64,000 nt of DNA from Patescibacteria group bacterium (GTDB lineage Bacteria > Patescibacteriota > Patescibacteriia > UBA2591 > JAQWAS01): NCBI GenBank assembly GCA_028707495.1, contig JAQWAS010000004.1, positions 3,157 to 67,156 of the forward strand. The letters run 5' to 3'. Below the pieces are notes generated by a model. The model saw only the letters and a list, made by a program, of their open reading frames with translations. It did no database searches and had not been told where the DNA came from. Within the stretch, counting starts at the first letter, position 1, and each line of letters begins with the position of its first letter. A program made the translations under genes and the position numbers. Positions 49,201-57,700 of the stretch are shown here, in pieces.

Positions 49201-49804
49201 ATTCACAACAATCCAAGGGACAATTATTGAAAGCTTCATCGCCCTCACAAACACCATCGATTTTACAAACTAACGAACTACGCTCGACTTCACCTGAGCG
49301 TAAAGAAATCTGACCACTGGTTGAAGAAATATCAATTATTTTTCCTTGAGTTTTCATTTCTAGGGCCATTGTAATTTTACAATCTGGTCCTGATATTTTT
49401 CCACTGGGTGGAATAAAAATAATCTCATCACCACCAACGACGCTTTGAATATAAACTTTTTTAGGCAAAACTGTTTCTTGAATTTTTTCATTTTCATCAT
49501 AATCACCATCACCGTCATAATCAGCAAACAAAATATATCTGTCGCTTGGACTAGTAATTTTAACTCCATAACCACCCGCCGGACGCTCAGTCTGACCAGC
49601 TGGAATTTCTCCGGCCAAAGTTTTCATTTGAGCCTGACGCAAGACACTGGCCAACCTATCAGCTTCATCACTTAAACTCCTCTGACGTCCAGCCTCACGG
49701 TAATTAATTAAAACAATTCCCAATAATAAAACCATGATGCCGGTAGCCACCATTAATTCCGTAATAGTAAAACCGTGATGTTGTTTTTTTATTTTGGAAA
49801 ACAT
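46259..49804 (-). CDS. FimT/FimU(GspH)-like pilin fused to Cys-rich repeats, two DUF2341 domains and a LamG domain
   Basis: HG|FTITELMV, LRQAQ..TL.G; DF.DIRF...L.YW.E...FWVKVP..YYG twice; D.SGNGN.G and G.IDD..VF.R.L..EI. Confidence 0.85.
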   Translation of the reverse strand: MFSKIKKQHHGFTITELMVATGIMVLLLGIVLINYREAGRQRSLSDEADRLASVLRQAQMKTLAGEIPAGQTERPAGGYGVKITSPSDRYILFADYDGDGDYDENEKIQETVLPKKVYIQSVVGGDEIIFIPPSGKISGPDCKITMALEMKTQGKIIDISSTSGQISLRSGEVERSSLVCKIDGVCEGDEAFNNCPLDCCESDCTAIDDTLCHQECDGIGGCVLRPACNGVVGGAGICLDNNTMVPCCSGTPIDCPGDQLCCSGACQNVTCVADEDCGACQVCSGTDCDATCSPVACGLKLEGGSDDGCCPEGCTVENDSDCAGLAGYKYRTPITINNNSDQTLTDYQVKIQVNYEEGKMQPDFDDIRFTQTTNTIELNYWRESYRESYAVFWVKVPELDMGDNQIYMYYGNEDVATISNGDLTFDFFDDFIGTNLAANWATNVSGGTITVANGQVTLASTSIVPVSISSAFIPTSPSFFIETKHKEGAYYRNRFYAATNLGGGSPIGFDYGYFYNGASWAYTTGKCYWNGTWNTTVNANTDYITRWLRTDGTDTAYNWYTINYSTGAIIDTRTTTNSSLIRYITIRLSEAANTSTIVDWVRVRKYANSEPIVNYNLENEERLIFECSDGIDNDGDGSVDNDGDGSVDLVDEGCESTSDDDESNCGDDVCEGNETFINCEADCHFDFTDSKTITITNIASQILTDYQVKVIVDRELEMQEDFGDIRFLNADETQFLSYWMESSGDLYAVFWVKVPQLNIGDNNIKMYYGDPDLTSESSVANTFIREIDGVVGAWDFDTAGSYADTSGNGNNGTCFGTSCPTWISNGMRGGAYSFDGADYVATNLNIDQSSGHTTTMCAWAYPTNPMNTDDLMSTDNSGWDWAIEGHYGLWRIADGGAYRSTGVSMNLNTWQYVCAVFGSSNTSFYKNGLAVYSTGVTPGYDASDNNFRIGMNPGGSSEAWYGSIDDALVFNRSLTANEILGLYNNYGYTTTYHPGKVLIRKYVNPEPIVNFYHEDFEHGFGRWTSLGGTPTSSEYYYHDGIKSYTTNENKDIIQTRAIGERVTVYFYDNASDAEMTTGVWVDDGITTVFLGVDTDSTLGTGVENEYVYRIGSWGRTNITRTTGWHKFEFDYSSGSGVVLKIDDIVVATSSAISSFNRILLGDVWDWKVSVGDVYFDDLTIE
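47861..47908. repeat. Perfect 24-bp tandem duplication (DNDGDGSV x2)
   Basis: atctacacttccatctccatcatt repeated twice. Confidence 0.9.
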
Positions 49805-49904
49805 TATTAAATAATTATTTTTAGAGAATAAAACCCTAGCGGAAAGTACATGGGGTTTGGGGTAACAACTAAATATTTTTTTTATATTATCCTAAATTTA
49901 GTTG

Positions 49905-50030
49905 TTGTCATCCTGAACTCTAGTCCGCCAAATCGGAGGATGTTTCAGGATCTGTTAACGCTTAAAAACTTAACTACAAATTGAGACGTCTCTCTTGGCC
50001 ACAGATGCTGAAATAAATTCAGCACGACAA
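49905..50030. repeat. Composite palindromic element, copy 2
   Basis: Homologous to 106-230 in both arms and the spacer ends. Confidence 0.85.
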
Positions 50031-50067
50031 TACTAATCCCTACTCACTACAACCTACTCACTACTCA

Positions 50068-50811
50068 CTAGCCCAATCCCAACAATTGCACCAAAGATTG
50101 TCCCCAAAACATAGTTATTAAAGTTGCTGTAGTTAAAAATGGTGCAAATGGTATGCGACTCTTCCAACCTTTTTGATTAAATAAAATTAAACTTATACCT
50201 ACAATCGAACCCAAAATATAAGCTAAAAATAAAGCGACCATTAATTCTGGCCAGCCTAATAAAAAGCCCATCATTAAACCCAAACGCATATCACCACCCC
50301 CAACCCATCGGCCCTTTGAAATTAAAAATTGAATTAGATAAAAACCTAAACCCACGCTACCAGCAATTAACAATTCCCACCAAACATAACCTAAAATTAA
50401 ATTTAAAATTAAAGCTAATCCAACAGCGGGTAAAACAATTTTATCTAAAATCAATTCATGTTTTAAATCATAAACAAAAATCACGATTAAAAATAAAATC
50501 ATCAGCCAATCTCGAGCTAACAACCACGTGTTATTAAAGTCTATCAAATAAGCTAAAACAAATAAGCCAGCCGCCGCTAATTCTACCCAAGGATATTGCC
50601 AGCTAATTTTTTGTTGACAATGCCGACACTTGCCTTTTTGAATTATAAAACTAACAATTGGAATTAATTCAAACCAACTTAAAAAATTTTTACATCGAGG
50701 ACAAAAAGACCGCCCCTTCCAAGGCGATGATTTTATTTCTAAACGATAAATTAGGCAGTTTAAAAAACTCCCCAAACACAAACCTAGGATGAAAACGCCT
50801 GCAATTATCAT
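50068..50811 (-). CDS. pilD: Prepilin peptidase
   Basis: GSFLN..IYRL, RS.CP.C, IP..S...KG.CR.C, GGGD..L, IPF.PFL. Confidence 0.95.
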   Translation of the reverse strand: MIIAGVFILGLCLGSFLNCLIYRLEIKSSPWKGRSFCPRCKNFLSWFELIPIVSFIIQKGKCRHCQQKISWQYPWVELAAAGLFVLAYLIDFNNTWLLARDWLMILFLIVIFVYDLKHELILDKIVLPAVGLALILNLILGYVWWELLIAGSVGLGFYLIQFLISKGRWVGGGDMRLGLMMGFLLGWPELMVALFLAYILGSIVGISLILFNQKGWKSRIPFAPFLTTATLITMFWGQSLVQLLGLG

Positions 50812-51033
50812 ACTTATATTATAACACTTTTAAATTATTTTAAAAAGTAATTTTATTTACAAAAAAGAACCCCGCAAAGCATTCTTTAAATTCCATTGCT
50901 TTATTGTACTAAGATAACTTTTTCTAAGTTTGATAAGTATTTATATCTTTACAATAGTCGTCACTAAAACAAACCCAAACACTATTCCAAATTCAAATGC
51001 ACACTTTAATAAAAAAGGGCGCTTTAGCGCCCT

Positions 51034-51648
51034 CTATATTTGCTTAATAAACGAATATTCGTCTATATCTCCCTCATACATAAAATTATAGAGTGTATAT
51101 TCTATTCTTGATCCGTTTTCTAAAATATAACCAACGGCATATCTTCTACGCCCAAACTCATATGTATCTAGATACAAAGAATCGCCATATACGCAAAAAA
51201 CGTTTAATGGACCTAAGGGTCCAAAACTAATTGCGCACATATATGAATAACCCTCGATTCTTTCTATATCATCAGTGTAGTTTATGCTTGTATATTTCCA
51301 TCTTCCGATTATATTTCTCCCCAACGATACATCAGCTTCAATAGTATCGCCGGGTAAGACGTCTACTATTTTGGGCACGGAAATATAAGTATCTTTTACT
51401 AAATCGATCGTATACTGGCCCTCCTTAAGCATAAAAATATGTGGTGAGTTGATCTGAGCAGAAGAATCATTGATTATGATTGTGCCCACATAATTACTGG
51501 GAATAGCTCCGACTCTTACCCAACCATAGCACAACGTATCAACTCCATCATCATCTGGTGGGTTGGTAACTACATTTTTACCACAACCCATAATCGCGAT
51601 GAAAATAACAAATAAGATGCACCCCCATGCAATCATCTTACTAAGCAT
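51034..51648 (-). CDS. Orphan lipoprotein with a PEGA-like domain
   Basis: AAAGGAGG SD; lipobox IMGC; V...P.....I.IND...SP....L..G.Y.I.L.K..Y. Confidence 0.7.
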   Translation of the reverse strand: MLSKMIAWGCILFVIFIAIMGCGKNVVTNPPDDDGVDTLCYGWVRVGAIPSNYVGTIIINDSSAQINSPHIFMLKEGQYTIDLVKDTYISVPKIVDVLPGDTIEADVSLGRNIIGRWKYTSINYTDDIERIEGYSYMCAISFGPLGPLNVFCVYGDSLYLDTYEFGRRRYAVGYILENGSRIEYTLYNFMYEGDIDEYSFIKQI

Positions 51649-51758
51649 AGCAATACCTCCTTTGGTATTTTTAAGTTTACAATGAACCTGTAAATGAATG
51701 TGATTTTATTATATTGTTTTTATTTATATTTGCCAAGTATGTTTATCTAAAATAATTA

Positions 51759-54700
51759 TTATTGAATTACTATAATTTGTTTATCAAAATTCACCCATGA
51801 TTCATTAGATGCAGTATTGCATTCATCTAAAAATTCACTCTTAAAACACCCGCTCTGGCCTCCGTTTGTGTGACAACTCCCCGTGCACCACCCCCAGTTA
51901 TCCTGAACCTGAATGCGCGGTTTGTAGATATTAACAGTTTGATTGATCCCATCTATGACCATATCTTTTTCACAATTGTCTTCTCTATCTATACGAAAAT
52001 CGCAAGAAGGCAAATCGTTTTTATAAGCATACACATGTGTCATGGCAAAATATGCATCATTCATACACCCTGCTTCGGAAGTCCCAAATGAGGTATTGTT
52101 GCAATCATCCCAGCGATTTTTCAATAAAACATTGTCTTTTTCCCAAGCATTTGATTCATCGCCAGCGTCGACTACTATTCTACGAATTGGCATCTGATTA
52201 TCATCTGCTTTGGCATAAAAACGAATCTCGGCGCGTTCACCGTTTTTAATAACTGGGCTACCATCAATATATTTATCAGTCGGACTAATTACGTCAAAAT
52301 TATTAGAAGTCTCCACACCTTTTACTTGTGGTGGAATGCCACAATAGGTTGTAGCCGTGCCAGCATCTCGAGTTGAAAAAGGACACAAGGTTGAAGGTGG
52401 CGACCACGCGTGTGTTGTTGTTAATAGATTATATTCAAAATCATCAATATTAAATTCATATACCCCATTGGCCGAAGCGAAAACTCTATCCAAACCACTA
52501 CTGATATAAGTAATCCCATCTCTCCAACTACTAGAATATATCGCATACATCGCCCCAGCATAATCAACGCACACACCTAACCCACTATTGTCGGTTATGT
52601 AGGTATCTAAAATGTTACTACTTGAACCAATCGCTCCCCATGGTTTACAATTTGAATTTAAATCTTTATCATCAATAGAACTAAAACCTATTGCTGTATC
52701 GTAATTTTGCATTCGACTAATATTCTGCCAATTATTAACCCGGTTCGTCCAAGCTTGTGTTAAAGTGGGAAAATTTGTGCTATTTTCCGTCACATCAACT
52801 ACCGTTTTACAACCTTGTTTGAGATGAATTTTTATATTTTCAATTAAAAAGGCTAAAGAACCGCCATAATCTTCCGCTCTTATTCCTATGGATTTTAATG
52901 AGTCATCATCGTTCCACCTCACCCAAAAACCTATTTTTCCCCCATCATCACAGGCGCTGCATTTTGGATATTTATCACCTTCCGAAATATCTCCTCCTAT
53001 ATAAATCTCGTCATCCCCACTTGAAATTTGTATTGACACATTTAGATAATTTGGGCAATCAGGACATCCCATACCATCGTTATTATCGTCATTCCCACAT
53101 CCACTATGTTCACAATTGTTTTCTCCGGTTGTATCTTCAAGAGAAAAATCCCCGTCAGGTGAATACACTTCTATATATATTTTTTCTATTTGATCTCTAA
53201 ATAAAGAATTGCCAAGCCAATTTCCAAAACTCCATTCGCTCCATGAGTCACCGGAACAATCCTTATTGTCAGCCACTTCATAATATCCACCCACAAAATG
53301 AGTAATTGGCGCACAACACCACTGGCCACAAACTGGAGATTTGTCACACATATTATCTCCGCAACCACTACAGCTTCCTTGCTTGCTTGGTCCACTAAAA
53401 AATTCTGTTGAATTATTTTTATCAATATTAATCACTGGTGCATCTTCCATCTCCTCCACACAATACCATGGTTGATCAGCAAAATAGGCTGCTTCTGGTT
53501 GGAGATTAAAAATTGAGACCTCGCCCAGAGTTTCATCCACCGGATCCCAAGACATACAAGCGTTAATATCTTCGTGTTGTGAGGGATCTGTTTCTAAACA
53601 ATATCCACCCCAAGAATAGTATAAATCATCGCGTTGTTTCAATGCACAACTCCCCATTTCAGATCCACAATCACTATCGGTTTTACACCGATTACCAATT
53701 TGATAGCCAGTATCCACTGAAACACAAATACCTTCCGGAATGCAAGTTTCTCCGGTTGGGTCGTCATTAACATCACCAATACACCCCGAAGTATTAATAT
53801 TATAATATCTAACTTCTGAACCATATTTAACTTTGCGATATTTTAATTGACATTCTTCACCGCTATCATCATCACACACATTAGCTTCCGGATAATATGG
53901 CCTACCCTGGGTTGTGTAAGCCTGCTCATCCATCCCAGCCGCAAAGGGACTATCCTTTTCAGCATATAAACGCGTACTGGCTTTAACTACGCATGCACCA
54001 TCGCCGCAAATTTGATTGTCTGGACATTGATCATCACTAGCACAGCGACAATGGTTAATAGTTAAATCACAAGTTTGGCTTAGGATACAGTCACTATCAT
54101 TAATACAAAAATCATTACTCAAACCATAGTCTATCCAACATTCATCACCATAACATTTTCCCGGACAACTGCTACTAGTATCTCCCTCAGAACAACCTTG
54201 TAAGTCTTCCTTATAAATATAAGTTCTGGCATAAAATTCCGGATCATCGGGCGCGCCAGTACCGTATTTTTGAGTGGTTAAAAATTCAATGGGTTCTAAA
54301 TTATTAATAGACCAACCAGAATAATCTTCGCCCTGCCAAGAAATATCGCGTTGTTGATAGGCCTCAACTGCTCTAGTCACAGCCACACACGTGCCAGCCC
54401 CGACATAGCTTCCACCTGGACAACTTGAAGTTAAACCATAATCCGTGCTACATACATTTCGACGATATCTATATTTATCATCCCAATCTTCTGATCGATC
54501 TAAACCCAAACAGGCTTCATTAATTCCACAATCAAAATCACTCAAACATGGTTCATTTATATGTGTCTCAACGTGAACCATACCCGACCCTGGACAAGTA
54601 CCTAGGGGATCCTCCGTATCACCAATTTGATTACACCGACCATAATTAATACATTTTGCTTTCCATTGACCTTCAATATTGTCCCATTCATAATCCGTAT

Positions 54701-57700
54701 CGGTGCAATATAACCATTCTGAACATTGACGATCACGCCTAACTTTTAAAATAGTATTTGTATCATCATAACCATAAATAAAATTGTCCGTGCCACCAGT
54801 TCCTCCAATTTCTCCATCACAACCACCGCCTGACGATTCTCCACAACTTGTTGGTGCCATACTTTTACCATCTTCTTCATCACTAGAAATATAAGTTCTA
54901 ACTGCGTTATATTTTAAATTCGACTGATTGGTGTTATTTAATAAGACGCAACCCTCTTTCAAAGACACCTGGCCGTTACACGAAGTTGTGTCTAATTGTT
55001 CATTATCTAAATAATAATAAGCATCAATCACTTTTAATTCTAAATTATCAAACAAGGTTGTGGCATTAAAACCAGCCTGACATTGTTTAATTCCACTTGA
55101 ATCACAAGATGATGGAGGTAAAACGACTTGAGCCTGAACTGATTTAAATATTTTAGACCATAATTTTTTAAACAAACTAGCCGTTACACCACCGCCACCA
55201 GACCAACTTCCGCTAATACTTTTTGTCGTACCTTGTAATCTAATACTAATTTTATTAACCTCATCGCCGGTCTTAAAGGCGCCTGAAATTTGATACCAAT
55301 TATCTATATCACCTAAATCACTTATTTTTACTTCCAAAGCTAAACCTTGATCCGGCCACTCTCCATTACCACGTTTATCGATAGATCTAATTATTGATTC
55401 AAAGCCATAAACCGATTCTAAACGCATACCCGGATTCTCATTAACTGACCCACTATAACCTGCTGGCCCAATTAATATTTTAGCAATATCTTCTTCGTGC
55501 AAAGCTTTTACTAAAGCTGTAAATTTATAAACTTGATTAGGCGCCACATCAATAAATTGATACACCTCAGCGGGTTTAATTTGCGTCGCCCCACAGCATG
55601 GACCATAATTATTCCATGGATTACCTGGCATAATAACACTCGAATTATTTGTGCCCTGAGTAGTATTGAGATAAGGTTTATTGCCAGACCATAATGTCGT
55701 TGGACTGGTTGTCGGAATAACGCCACTGCTAGTATTCCAGGCCGTCACATTCCAATCATCCACTGTCTCAAAATCCGCATCAGCAATTAAATTGTCTCCA
55801 TGAGCATATGTGTCAGCAAATAAAGTACACTGATTCATGTCTGTTTTACATTCACCAGCATAACCACTATATGTCGAATTTGTTCCATTGTCCCAATTTT
55901 CAATATAACCCGTATTGTTGCACAAATTATCAGTTCCCTTGATAAACCACTTGTTTTCTACGCCATGTCTATATTCACAAATAAAAGGATCTGGATCAAT
56001 AAAATAATTTGAACCACCCTGACTATCAACAAATTCCTCACAACCATCATGAGTAGCGTCACATAAAATAGCTCCTGAAATTGGCTTTTGGGGAGTAGAT
56101 TGATATTTTTCTGGATCATTAATTAAATAACGCTCACTCCAACTATAACCTTCCATGTTTTGGTCTGGCAAACCCAATCTTTGACAGCCTTTATTTTCAT
56201 AAGAACATTCGTAGCCTTCATTATAAATTAAAGGCAAAAATGCATCACTTGTTATAGTTATATTATCTATTAAACTCTCGCCATCTAAAGGATTATCATT
56301 ATTTTTGTTAAACGTCTGTGCATAAGGTGAAATTGAATTTTGTGTATTAATAAATATCTGACAACCAACTACCTCTGACGAACATAAACTACTAAATGAT
56401 TTTAAATAATATTCTTGATTGGATGAATCACGGTAAGCCTGACAACCCAATTCGCCATCACAAACACTGGGATCGTCCCAAGAATTTTGAATTAAAAATA
56501 TGTTTTCGTTAACTTCGGTTAAAATTATTTTATCTAAAAAGTAATTAAATGAACCAGTCGCACCAAAAACAACAGACGATGAGTCAGACCAAGTTTGATC
56601 TATAAAAATAGGTCCAAATTTATAATAACCCCAATCTCCTATCAAAGTAGCGGTATAAACTTCTGATGAGTTAGAGCCATCACTTAATTGTGCATTCACC
56701 GTTCCCAAACCCTTAGCCCAAAAAGATAATATATATGATTTATTTATTTCTGGTGGAGATATAAATCTTCGAGAATTATTAGTAATATTAATTGAGTGTC
56801 CGCCAATTTCTAAATTTTCATTTGATAAAACACAATTTCCGCCCAAGCATAACCAATCAGTTGGAGAAATCATACCATTTTCAAAATCATCACTAAAAAT
56901 TTCTTTGATATTGTTAGAAAAATTACCTTTATATTCTCGACAACCGACGTTATTGGTCGTGCACATAACACTTTCATTGGCCATTAAATTAAACAAACAC
57001 TCTCCGTTGTACCAATGGCCGACGGGGCAATCTTCATTATTTAAGACTTCATCTCCTGTCACGTCAGTTAAAGTTTTACGATACGGATAACACTCATTCG
57101 AACAGGTTATAACTTTATTACGATCAGTATGATAAATATTTCCATTTTCATCATAATATTCTAAACAATCTGGGTCATCACCATAAGTGCAAGAATCTGC
57201 CATGCCACATTGAGCAGCGGCCGGTTCCCAAGCACCCTGTAATTCAGTGCATGGCTCTACTCCATAATTCGAAATTAAATTATGTGGCTTTAATTGATAG
57301 CCTAAACGATCATCACCCTCCCAAGTGTAATATGTTTGACATAAATTATTACTAGGTTTTTGACAATTACGTACTGCAGAATAATATTCCAAACCCTCAC
57401 CGCCGGTTGCTATGTCATCTAAGTTAGTATATTCAGCACACCCAACCTGATTTGCTGCACAGGTTTGACCGCTTTCTGCAATCATATCAATAAAACCATC
57501 CGTAACATTATGACTATCCCATTCTAAAGGCACTTGTTTATAAGTCTGGAAACCATTACATTCTGGCAGACACATATCATCCTCAGAAACAATGGCAGTT
57601 AAAGCTGGATCATTATTTTCGGGGGTATATTCTTCACAGCCAATATCACGAGCACTACAACTAGCTATATAATTTGAACAATATGGCGAATCATTATCTT

